DNA of 64,000 nucleotides, taken from IMG/VR virus record IMGVR_UViG_3300000517_000001; one strand, 5' to 3'. Made by a program: the position numbers and the translations under genes. The notes below the pieces were generated by a model. It ran no database searches and had not been told where the DNA came from. It saw nothing but the letters and a program-made list of their open reading frames with translations. The first letter of the stretch is position 1, and each line of letters opens with the position of its first letter. Source of the stretch: a virus. Lineage: Duplodnaviria > Heunggongvirae > Uroviricota > Caudoviricetes. Shown here piece by piece: positions 1 to 8,416 of this stretch.

Positions 1-371
1 GAAGGAACTCCCTCGGTACCAACACTTAAATCGGTAAGAGCAATACCAGATCCTGATGTTCCACTTTGTGGTGATGATTGAACCCACTGTGCGGAATCAC
101 CATCATTATAATATATGAACATTGTGCCAAGATCTTCATCCCACCACAAGTCTCCTTCAGACGGTGCTCCTGGAGCTGTAGCACTTACCGTTACAGCTGC
201 ACCACCCCCACTAGAGGTTGCTGTAACGTCTACGATTGATTGTGTGCCATCATCCTTTTTAAGATATAGTTTGCCATCAAAGGTATTGATAGCTAACTCA
301 CCTAAATCTAGATCAGTGGTTGTTGGCACCTTGCCTTGAACAGCACTGCGCTTTAACTTTATGGTTGACAT
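1..371 (-). CDS. tail-fibre protein, N-terminal part (gene continues past window start)
   Basis: Reverse-strand ORF starting ATG at 369-371 (MSTIKLKRSAVQGKVPTTTDLDLGELAINTFDGKLYLKKDDGT...), open to position 1. The N-terminus parallels the 740-aa fibre (MSVIKIKRSG...) and carries the GEL..N..DGKLY fibre N-terminal motif. Absent from the ORF track because it is truncated. Confidence 0.5.
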   Translation of the reverse strand, partial: MSTIKLKRSAVQGKVPTTTDLDLGELAINTFDGKLYLKKDDGTQSIVDVTATSSGGGAAVTVSATAPGAPSEGDLWWDEDLGTMFIYYNDGDSAQWVQSSPQSGTSGSGIALTDLSVGTEGVP

Positions 372-456
372 TTGTCCTCACGTATGTATAATGGTTATAT
401 AACCAGAAAACAATAGTAGTAGATGATTATCTAATCAGCGCTACTACTGCTATTTA

Positions 457-2679
457 TTAATATGTTCCACCGTCTATTGCAGCAATTGCTACTGCACCAG
501 ATGTTACTGTAAAGTTATCTGCACTAAAGGAAGCAACACCCTTTGTAGAAGTTGTGGCATCAACACCAGAAAGAGTTACAGTAGCATTTTCACCTGTACC
601 GGTTACACTCAATCCAGTCCCGGCTGTAATACCAACACTTTGTACAAAATCACCGGTTGTATCCGTACCAAGAGTTACAGAATCAGCAGCAATTGTTGCA
701 GTGATTGTAGCATTAGCCGTACCATCAAATGTAGCAGAACCAGTAACATCACCTGTAAGCTCAATAGTACGAGTTGTTTCTAAAGCTGTTGCGGTAGATG
801 CATTACCACTCAGAGCAGCAGTAATTGTTCCAGCCGCAAAATTACCACTTGCGTCACGAGCAACTACCTTCGAAGCGGTGTTAGTTGTAGTCGCGTCGAC
901 AGCAAATGTTTGAGCTCCACTACCGTTATAAGCAGATCCTGTTAAGAAGCTTCCTGGTGTAAGACTTGCGAGGTTTGAACCAAGAGCAATACCGGAAATT
1001 GTAGAATTAGCAAGCTTTGAATTTTCAATACTACCCGCAAGTTTAGCATTTGTGATACCAAGATCTTTTACCTGAAGTGTATCAGCATCAATTGCAATAG
1101 TAGAATCATCTACATTAACACTAAATGTATCACCAGTAAGAGCTAAACCATCTCCGGCTAAGTACGTACCAGCACCAGAGAACTGCGCAAATACAATTGG
1201 ATCTGTGCCAACAGCGTTTACTGTTTCGGTTTGTACCCAACCTGTAGCACCATATTGAGAACCTTCAACAACAAATACAAAGTCACCACCTTCAATATTT
1301 TCATCTTCATCGAACGCAACATCACGAGTAAATACAGTACTACTTGTTCGAACGTAGATACCGTTATGAGCAGTATTTGCTTCATCTTTAATTAGGTATC
1401 TTTCACCATTAACAAGCGAAACACCATCGATGGTTGCAAGAGAACTTGCAAGTGTAAGAGTAGCACCAATACCATTGTTTGCATTATCATATGTTACAGA
1501 ACCGCCTGAAAGAGTAGCAAGTTCATCAGTCGTAGCTGCGCCAACACCTTCTTTAACGTTAAGACCTTGTGCTGTAGAATCTACATAAGCTTTAGTAGCT
1601 GCATCATCTGCTGCAATAGGTTCTGCCAATCCAATAATTCTTGCGCCATTAACTGCAACATTACCAGTACCGTTTGGATTAAGAGAGATATCGCCATTTG
1701 TATTTGTTGATGTAATATCATTGCCGTTAATATTGATATTATCAACTTGTAGTTCTGCAAGAGTTCCAATAGTAGCTGTAAGTGTTGTATTAGCGAGATC
1801 TGTGACTGTGGCACTACCGCTTAAGTCACCACCAAGCGTAATTGTAAAATCACCTGGATTAATAGTGATTGTATTGTCAGTAACAGCTGTTGAAATCCCT
1901 GCACCACCAGCAAAGGTAAGAGTATCATTTAAAAGATTAACAGTATCTGTTCCGGAATCACCAGCAATTCCTAAACTAGTCGCAATATTAGAAGTTGATA
2001 TCGCTGTAATGCGACCTTGCTGATCAACAGTAATTGCCGGTACTTGTGTAGAAGATCCATAAGAACCAGGTGTTACAGCAGTATTATCAAGATTAAAGGT
2101 TACTTCATTATTTGCAATAGATGATGTTAGTCCAGTTCCGCCCACAAATGTGAGAGTTTGGCCAGAATCAAAAAGATCGGATCCAGAATCTCCAGCAATA
2201 GTAAAACTTGTAACAACATTACCACTTAAAGCAACTGTATCAACATACGCCTTTGTAGCAGCATCTTGATTAGATGTGGGGTCAACAACATTAGTAATTC
2301 TACTTGTTGATGCGTTAATAACACCAGTACCATTAGGCGAAATATTAATATCGCCATTAACATTTGTTGAAGAAATGATATTGCCGTCGATGGTAATATT
2401 ATCGACATTTAGCACATCAATTTTAGATTGAGCATCTACAATAAGCGCACTATTAGCTGTGAGTGTACCAGGTGTGTGATCAAGTTTTTGAGTAAAATAC
2501 TTACCACCAATAACTTCGATGTTAGCAGCTTCACCATTAGTTTCAGTTCCAGTACCAATATAAAGTCTATCACCACCATTAATTTCGCTACCTGCTAAGT
2601 AGGAATAAGCAACTTCACCTTGGCCAAGAGCACTTGGAGATCCAGACGTACCAGATCTTTTAATCTTAATTACTGACAT
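457..2679 (-). CDS. tail-fibre protein (740 aa)
   Basis: Gly/Ser/Thr/Asn-rich protein with duplicated NITIDGN.ISSTN.NGDI..PNGTG and DAATKAYVD motifs. It shares a VTLGTDTTGDFVQS-type segment with the 1564-aa fibre. Confidence 0.7.
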   Translation of the reverse strand: MSVIKIKRSGTSGSPSALGQGEVAYSYLAGSEINGGDRLYIGTGTETNGEAANIEVIGGKYFTQKLDHTPGTLTANSALIVDAQSKIDVLNVDNITIDGNIISSTNVNGDINISPNGTGVINASTSRITNVVDPTSNQDAATKAYVDTVALSGNVVTSFTIAGDSGSDLFDSGQTLTFVGGTGLTSSIANNEVTFNLDNTAVTPGSYGSSTQVPAITVDQQGRITAISTSNIATSLGIAGDSGTDTVNLLNDTLTFAGGAGISTAVTDNTITINPGDFTITLGGDLSGSATVTDLANTTLTATIGTLAELQVDNININGNDITSTNTNGDISLNPNGTGNVAVNGARIIGLAEPIAADDAATKAYVDSTAQGLNVKEGVGAATTDELATLSGGSVTYDNANNGIGATLTLASSLATIDGVSLVNGERYLIKDEANTAHNGIYVRTSSTVFTRDVAFDEDENIEGGDFVFVVEGSQYGATGWVQTETVNAVGTDPIVFAQFSGAGTYLAGDGLALTGDTFSVNVDDSTIAIDADTLQVKDLGITNAKLAGSIENSKLANSTISGIALGSNLASLTPGSFLTGSAYNGSGAQTFAVDATTTNTASKVVARDASGNFAAGTITAALSGNASTATALETTRTIELTGDVTGSATFDGTANATITATIAADSVTLGTDTTGDFVQSVGITAGTGLSVTGTGENATVTLSGVDATTSTKGVASFSADNFTVTSGAVAIAAIDGGTY

Positions 2680-2927
2680 TAGTAATGTCCCCCATTAACT
2701 TGAGTATTTTCGTTTTCTATTATTGTTGTTGTTTCAAATGTAGAGGTATTACCATTATATATTAGAACACCACCGTCAGCAGCGTTAGATGTGTCGACAT
2801 CAAGAATATCACCTAGTCTAATATTGTTTGTGTTAACACGATATTCAGTAACCTGCAGTTGATTCTGCACGTTAACTCTACCTTTAATATTATGGCCTTG
2901 AGGAGTTACTTTAGCAGTGATAGACAT
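2679..2927 (-). CDS. hypothetical fibre-associated protein (82 aa)
   Basis: ATG/stop-coupled to flanking fibre genes. GDILDVDTSNAADGGVLIYNGNTSTFE resembles fibre N-terminal adaptor motifs. Confidence 0.4.
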   Translation of the reverse strand: MSITAKVTPQGHNIKGRVNVQNQLQVTEYRVNTNNIRLGDILDVDTSNAADGGVLIYNGNTSTFETTTIIENENTQVNGGHY

Positions 2928-3262
2928 TATGACCTCGTAATAATACCAGGCGTTACAGTCACAATACCCTCAACTACACGTGTTACTAATCCTCCACTTG
3001 ATGTTATTTCTACATCATAGAGATATCTTCCAGGGTCAAGTTGGTTAGTTACACTATTAGACATTATTAGTGTAATTTGTCCTAAGCTATCATTATCAGA
3101 TGTTGTAAAACTATAAGCAGTCTCAGATGCGTAGCTTTTTCGCATCTGAGCTGAAGAAGTGTAACCAGTCAAATCAAATGCATCACCATTTGCATCAACC
3201 ACATCAATGACTGCACTAAAATCAGTACCCTGATCTATTACAAGATTTGCTTTAATAGCCAT
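2927..3262 (-). CDS. hypothetical structural protein (111 aa)
   Basis: ORF coupled to downstream genes. Beta-rich composition. Lies 25 nt downstream of a late promoter. Confidence 0.4.
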   Translation of the reverse strand: MAIKANLVIDQGTDFSAVIDVVDANGDAFDLTGYTSSAQMRKSYASETAYSFTTSDNDSLGQITLIMSNSVTNQLDPGRYLYDVEITSSGGLVTRVVEGIVTVTPGIITRS

Positions 3263-3286
3263 ACGATTTCTCCTTTATCTTATGAC

Positions 3287-3294
3287 TATTTATA
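3287..3294 (-). promoter_or_regulatory. T4-type late promoter TATAAATA
   Basis: Minus-strand TATAAATA (plus-strand tatttata) 25 nt upstream of the start at 3262, immediately after the island. Confidence 0.4.
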
Positions 3295-3314
3295 ATTATT
3301 CCAACTAAAGAAAA

Positions 3315-4157
3315 TTAATTAGACTTAAGCTCGCTTAAAAATGCATTTACATCATTCATCATATAATTAAATTGTTCTTTGGAAGACATTTTAGACAAAT
3401 TATAGTTATAACCTAGAAAAGTTTGATTCCAATTTTCATCCTCATATGTCTTGCTTAAATATTTTCTTACTTTTTCTTTGTCAACATTTACACCGAGAAT
3501 AGACAAATAATTTCCCGGTTTAGAAAAAGAATTGTTAAAATAATCAGACATACTTGGAATATTGTTTGAAGAAGGATCACCGGTAATAATTGCCTTGAAA
3601 TGTGGTTTCGCTCTTCCGGTTAAAACAAAGTCTACTTCACCAATTTCAAGAGCAGCAATTGCATCTCCAGAGCTTGCATAAGGAACATACTTAGAATTGC
3701 TTTCTAAGCCTTCTAACATTTTATTCATTTGAATTTTTTGCAAAAGACCAGAGGCACTGGAAGCTCCAATTTTAGCTTCACCATTCATAAATTTGTCTAA
3801 GTTATTTTCTGGATTAGATTCTAATGCAAAAACACTATAATATGCACTTGAATATATTGAAACAAAATTTTCTTCGTTTATTACGTGACACGTCTTATCA
3901 CTTGTAACAGCAGATCCTAAAATGTCCCACATAAAAATGGTAGGTTCTTTTGTAGATTCCATAATTTTAACTGCTTCTGTACAATTGCTTACCTTTAAAA
4001 CCTCTGTAAAAACTTCTGGAAATTCGGTGTTTAAATAGCTTGCGGTTTTGTGGGCCATTCCGCCAACTGAATATGGGTTAATAACTTTAATTCCATCAGC
4101 ATAAGCTACACTCATAGAAAAAATTAAAGAAAAAAACATACAAAGAACTTTTTTCAT
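3315..4157 (-). CDS. TctC/Bug-family periplasmic substrate-binding protein
   Basis: N-terminal signal peptide (MKKVLCMFFSLIFSMSVAYA). INPYSVGGMAHKTASYL matches the TctC (P[FY]..GG..D..AR) N-terminal motif, and YASSGDAIAALEIGEVDFVL matches the second conserved TctC block. Very AT-rich. Confidence 0.5.
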   Translation of the reverse strand: MKKVLCMFFSLIFSMSVAYADGIKVINPYSVGGMAHKTASYLNTEFPEVFTEVLKVSNCTEAVKIMESTKEPTIFMWDILGSAVTSDKTCHVINEENFVSIYSSAYYSVFALESNPENNLDKFMNGEAKIGASSASGLLQKIQMNKMLEGLESNSKYVPYASSGDAIAALEIGEVDFVLTGRAKPHFKAIITGDPSSNNIPSMSDYFNNSFSKPGNYLSILGVNVDKEKVRKYLSKTYEDENWNQTFLGYNYNLSKMSSKEQFNYMMNDVNAFLSELKSN

Positions 4158-4169
4158 TTACTTACTCCT

Positions 4170-5495
4170 TCATATTAAATATATTAAAGTTAAAAGATTA
4201 GATTGTATTTGATCATGCATCAAAAAAGAAAACACCAAAGGAAGAGTGTCAAACTTATTTATACATAGCCCAAATATAAGCATAACAAAAAGACACTGCA
4301 CATAAAATACAGGTTGATAAAAAGTATATCCAACAAATATAGTAATACCAAATAATAAAAGTAAAATAAAAATATACACATACTGATAGTTTACTTTTGT
4401 GATATGTCTTACCCAATTTACATATTTCCCGGCAAAAAATAATCCTATTATAGCACTAATAATGTAAGCTATTCCCAATTGTGTAAACATTGCTTGAAAA
4501 AAATCTGTTGTTAATGATAATCCTTGCATAGAAAATATATCATAAATAAAAACTTGACTGGCTGTTATTGGTAAACCAAGTAAAAGTAGTGGAAGAAGTT
4601 GAGAAAAAACTCCTGCATTATTTGCTGTTTCTGCAGAAAGGAGACATGAGATATCTCCTTCTTTATATGTTTTATTTCTTTTGCCTATAAATTTTTCGAG
4701 GTAGTATGCCATTGTTGTTCCGACATAAAAAGTTAATCCAGGAATAAATGAAGAAAAATATCCTAAAGTTAACCCTCTTGCTACTGTATATCGATATGTA
4801 ACTAGTTCTTTTATAGTTTCCAAATATCCATTTATAGATAACTTTACAAGCTCTATGTGTTGCTGTTTTTCAAATACCTTTTTAATAATATAAGGCATTA
4901 CATAAATTCCAAGAATTACAGTAATGGATGGTATACCAGAATAAAGATCAACAATACCAAATGTTAAAAAATGATTATCCTCCCACGAGTTATAACCGAC
5001 TTCAGCAAGACCATAACCTCCAAATACCATAAGTGTATTAGTCCATATTTTATTTTTTCCTACAATCATAAAAATAAACAAGGAAACAACTAAAAGAAAA
5101 GTCTTTACGTATGTACTAAAAAAAGGATAGAACATAAATGCAAAGTCAACAGTAACAATAGAAAAAAGTAAAGAAAAAATAGATCCTATAAAGCTACCTA
5201 TAGCTGCATACATAATAGCTTTACTGCCATCACCTTGTCTAAATAAAGTGTGAGCTTCGTGTATGGTAGGGATTGCAGTAGCTGATCCAGGAATACAAAA
5301 AAGAGTAGATGACACAGAACCGAAGTACTGACTAATGCTAACCACGACAACATATATCATGATAACATTTATGGGATCAATAACAACAAGAAGAGGATAC
5401 AACATAATAAGCACTGTAAATGCTGATATCCCTGGTATCATTCCCGCAATGATACCCATAAATGTTGCTATAGCAAATGTTAGAATTAATTCCAT
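4170..5495 (-). CDS. TctA-family (DUF112) transporter permease
   Basis: 441 aa with many predicted TM helices. Duplicated G.IPG(I/L) motifs (IAGMIPGISAF, SSFIPGLTFY) are typical of TctA large subunits. No TctB-like gene is seen. Confidence 0.5.
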   Translation of the reverse strand: MELILTFAIATFMGIIAGMIPGISAFTVLIMLYPLLVVIDPINVIMIYVVVVSISQYFGSVSSTLFCIPGSATAIPTIHEAHTLFRQGDGSKAIMYAAIGSFIGSIFSLLFSIVTVDFAFMFYPFFSTYVKTFLLVVSLFIFMIVGKNKIWTNTLMVFGGYGLAEVGYNSWEDNHFLTFGIVDLYSGIPSITVILGIYVMPYIIKKVFEKQQHIELVKLSINGYLETIKELVTYRYTVARGLTLGYFSSFIPGLTFYVGTTMAYYLEKFIGKRNKTYKEGDISCLLSAETANNAGVFSQLLPLLLLGLPITASQVFIYDIFSMQGLSLTTDFFQAMFTQLGIAYIISAIIGLFFAGKYVNWVRHITKVNYQYVYIFILLLLFGITIFVGYTFYQPVFYVQCLFVMLIFGLCINKFDTLPLVFSFLMHDQIQSNLLTLIYLI

Positions 5496-5502
5496 ATCAA
5501 TA

Positions 5503-6606
5503 TCAAATTTTTTGTATTAACCAATCAGGTACCTTTTTTATTTTTACAGTTTCACTAGATCTTAAAATCTGTTGATTTCCCATGCTGGCTTTAATATCAT
5601 CGATAATTCTTTTTATGCCAGGGTGTTCTAGTTTATAAAATGCTTTTTTTGTTTCATTATGTAAAGGGCTTCCCGGTTTATATGCTGCAGAATTCATTAA
5701 TGCATTTACAGCTTTATAACCCATATATTCATTTATTTGTTCATAAAAGGGACTATTGTATGTTTGCCACCCACCAAGTCTAACTTCGCCTTTATTGTGA
5801 ACAGCAGCTAAACGTTCAAGTATTTCTATTTTCAGCCATGCTAGCTTTATTTGAATTTCTGGAACATCATCGGTAATGAAAAAAAATACATCATCATAAG
5901 CATCTGTAGCTAACATTTTTGCTGAAACTATTTCATGGGATGGCATATACCATTCCCAATAATTATTTCGAATACCAATCATAGGCTTTTCAAAGCCATA
6001 TACGACTGCAGTCTTTTTTTTACTTGTGTCTATTCTAATATGATTATTTTTTTCTGTGTATAGCCTATACCAAGAAGATGTCATTGCTATGTCATAAAAT
6101 TTTTGTGGTTTAAACGTTTTAATGGTTTCTTCAAATTCTTTTGGTGTAGAAGACCATACGTAATCGTTTGAATCGACTTTGGGAGACATAACTTTATAAT
6201 TTAAGTCTTTAAATTGTTGACTGTATTTTTTTAATGAATGAATAACACCTTCATTCATTTTTTTACGACCATTATAAGAAAGCTGCTCTGCTGACACTGT
6301 ATCATACAAAATGATGTTTTTTATCTTACAACGTATAAAAGATTCTAAAGCAGTATGACTATCTGTCCCACCGCTATACATAAGAATTATTTGATCATAT
6401 TTTTCATTAAGAATTCTACTATGCAAATCCAAATAATAGTGTATTGGATATACAGGCTCTTTTTGCCAATTTGCATTTTGTATAAAATCATAGTTTAAAT
6501 GAAAAACAAGCGGCTCCTTTAATTTACATGCAACAGGAGCCGCTTCTATATCTGAATAGTATTTCTTACCTTGTACACTAAAATAAAATTTTAAACCACT
6601 AAACAT
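5503..6606 (-). CDS. PP-loop (N-type) ATP pyrophosphatase, family unclear
   Basis: SGGTDS PP-loop motif (ILMYSGGTDSHTAL) about 75 aa from the N-terminus. 367 aa. AT-rich. Confidence 0.55.
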   Translation of the reverse strand: MFSGLKFYFSVQGKKYYSDIEAAPVACKLKEPLVFHLNYDFIQNANWQKEPVYPIHYYLDLHSRILNEKYDQIILMYSGGTDSHTALESFIRCKIKNIILYDTVSAEQLSYNGRKKMNEGVIHSLKKYSQQFKDLNYKVMSPKVDSNDYVWSSTPKEFEETIKTFKPQKFYDIAMTSSWYRLYTEKNNHIRIDTSKKKTAVVYGFEKPMIGIRNNYWEWYMPSHEIVSAKMLATDAYDDVFFFITDDVPEIQIKLAWLKIEILERLAAVHNKGEVRLGGWQTYNSPFYEQINEYMGYKAVNALMNSAAYKPGSPLHNETKKAFYKLEHPGIKRIIDDIKASMGNQQILRSSETVKIKKVPDWLIQKI

Positions 6607-7189
6607 CTCTTACAATCATTAAATTTTCAGTTATCACTTCGTCAATAATATTTCCAGGATCTATTACATCTGTGACAACTAATTTTTCACCAAAATAATT
6701 TTGATAGAATGAAAGGGTGCTTTCACTAACTAAAGAAAAAATAAGTATATTTTTAAATCCATTTTCTAATGCTACTACTTGTGTCGAATAGTCCATTAGT
6801 TCTTTGCATATTTTAAAATTTTGGTAATCTTTATGCACTCTAATATATGTTATACTAAAACATTCGTTTTGGTTGATGTTGTTATCTATCATATAATTTT
6901 TTATTATATTACTGCTAGAAGATAAATTGATTCCTGGCGATGATGAAGAATCTAAAAAGAATGAGCATCCAACTAAAATATCATCGTCATACGCCGTTAC
7001 TAAATAGCTGTTTTCTCTAGTAAAATAATCATTTAATGTATTCACAGTAATTTCATAATTTAAATTATCTTCAACTGTTCTATTATAACCATATGAAGAA
7101 TTTAAAGTAAAATCGATTATTTCATTTATTTCCGTACTTTCAACATCTTTAAGCAATTTATGTGAATAATTGATCATTTTTATCTCCAA
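6599..7189 (-). CDS. GNAT-fold acyltransferase-like protein
   Basis: 196 aa. Central ILVGCSFF strand and ITYIRVHKDYQNFKICKELMDY...NYFGEKL resemble GNAT motifs A/B. Weak. Confidence 0.35.
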   Translation of the reverse strand: MEIKMINYSHKLLKDVESTEINEIIDFTLNSSYGYNRTVEDNLNYEITVNTLNDYFTRENSYLVTAYDDDILVGCSFFLDSSSSPGINLSSSSNIIKNYMIDNNINQNECFSITYIRVHKDYQNFKICKELMDYSTQVVALENGFKNILIFSLVSESTLSFYQNYFGEKLVVTDVIDPGNIIDEVITENLMIVRDV

Positions 7190-7668
7190 TTAGTGCTTCT
7201 AGATGTGGTTTTAGATGTTGTACGTGAAGTAGTTTTAGATGTTGTACGTGAAGTAGTTTTAGATGTTGTACGTGAAGTAGTTTTAGATGTTGTACGTGAA
7301 GTAGTAAAAAATGTGGTAAAAAACGTAGTATAAGGTTCACCTTCAACGGGCGTGAAGGTTGTACGTGATGTTGTACGTGAAGTAGTAAAAAATGTGGTAA
7401 AAAATGTGCTAAATGACGTCGTGTATGATGTGCTAAATGACGTCGTGTATGATGTGCTAAATGACGTCGTGTATGATGTACTAAATGATGTCGTCCACGT
7501 ATTTGTGGCATTATAAAAGTCAGAAAATGAAATTTCCCCGTTAGCAGGAATAGCCCCGCCAACTTGTGTAGGAGGGTTATAAAACTCTGAAATACTTGTA
7601 GGAACTGTGTCGTTAAACTCTGTGCCAATATCACCTAATGATATAGCTCCGTTACTTTGCAACGCCAT
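7180..7668 (-). CDS. Ser/Thr/Tyr-rich tandem-repeat protein (162 aa)
   Basis: Unique 60-aa N-terminus (MALQSNGAISLGDIGTEFNDTVPTSISEFYNPPTQVGG...) followed by (TTSFSTSY)x4 and (TTSRTTSK)x4 repeats. AGGA RBS 8 nt upstream. Boundaries interlock with neighbours (overlaps of 17 and 10 nt). Confidence 0.45.
   Translation of the reverse strand: MALQSNGAISLGDIGTEFNDTVPTSISEFYNPPTQVGGAIPANGEISFSDFYNATNTWTTSFSTSYTTSFSTSYTTSFSTSYTTSFSTFFTTFFTTSRTTSRTTFTPVEGEPYTTFFTTFFTTSRTTSKTTSRTTSKTTSRTTSKTTSRTTSKTTSRSTNWR
7199..7500. repeat. two arrays of 24-bp tandem direct repeats
   Basis: Unit tagatgttgtacgtgaagtagttt repeats about 4 times (7212-7307). Unit gtgctaaatgacgtcgtgtatgat repeats 3-4 times (7406-7499). 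aaaaaatgtggtaaaaaa is also duplicated. Confidence 0.85.
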
Positions 7669-8416
7669 CTATTTCGTCCTTGTATATGCATTTGCTTATT
7701 TTATTCCACCAACCAAAATGTCGATTCTTCATACAAGAATGACAATTTCCACACGCCTCTATCCTTTTATTTATATACTTAGGTTCGCGACAAGAAAATA
7801 TCAACTTTTTGTAATCATCTGGCATTTCATTATACATTTCTGCTAAATTATTAGCTTCAAACGCTGTTATGGTATCACATCTATTTCTTGTATAGGCCCT
7901 AACAAAATTACCTAAACATACCATATGTTCTTTAATATCTTTTGAAAGAGTAGAGTAATTTTGATTTCTATCAAATGCGTCTATAAAACAATCACCGGCA
8001 ACTATATGAGAAATTCCTTCAATATATGCATAGTTTAAAGACAATATTACACCTGTATACCAATCTCTTAAAAGAGGCATTTCATAAGTAGAACGGACTT
8101 CAGAAGTTATTAACTTAATATGTTTGCCTTGATTTCTTAAGTATTCTATTTGCCTTTCTACAGAAAATCTTTCCGTATCTGCTCTTTGAGATATACTATC
8201 ATACATAGAAATATGATGACATACGATATCGTCAGTGTATTGAGCATATTTCCATAACATATATGCGCTGTCTAATCCACCAGACACAAGTATTAATGAT
8301 TTCTTTCCAATCTTAGCATCCTCTAAAACTTGTTCAAAAGAAGGCCATCCTACATCAGAAGTTAGATTGTACATACTTATACCTATAGTCTTTTCTTTTT
8401 TCATGAATATACTCAA
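7652..8416 (-). CDS. QueC-family PP-loop ATPase (7-cyano-7-deazaguanine synthase-like)
   Basis: SLILVSGGLDSAYML...DDIVCHHISMYD parallels QueC VVVFSGGQDSTTCL...DEVHCVTFDYGQ. C-terminal Cys cluster ACGNCHSC matches the QueC zinc site GCGHCAAC. The true start may be an internal Met, since the ORF overlaps the upstream gene. Confidence 0.6.
   Translation of the reverse strand: MSIFMKKEKTIGISMYNLTSDVGWPSFEQVLEDAKIGKKSLILVSGGLDSAYMLWKYAQYTDDIVCHHISMYDSISQRADTERFSVERQIEYLRNQGKHIKLITSEVRSTYEMPLLRDWYTGVILSLNYAYIEGISHIVAGDCFIDAFDRNQNYSTLSKDIKEHMVCLGNFVRAYTRNRCDTITAFEANNLAEMYNEMPDDYKKLIFSCREPKYINKRIEACGNCHSCMKNRHFGWWNKISKCIYKDEIDGVAK

Noticed and set aside
115-339. Plus-strand ORFs lying inside minus-strand fibre and baseplate genes (115..339, 554..913, 1721..2023, 10487..10819, 12296..13048, 13055..13333, 13421..13684, 13657..14184, 19367..19666, 23670..23954 and others)
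   Set aside because: These are antisense reading frames of Ser/Thr/Gly/Asn-rich repetitive genes. They have low-complexity composition, no RBS, and are fully overlapped by long well-supported minus-strand genes.
7158-7634. Alternative frame through the 24-bp repeats giving a His-rich HHTRRHLA repeat protein
   Set aside because: It runs 31 nt into the GNAT-like gene. Its N-terminus is hydrophobic junk without an RBS. The 7180..7668 frame has an RBS and clean gene junctions.
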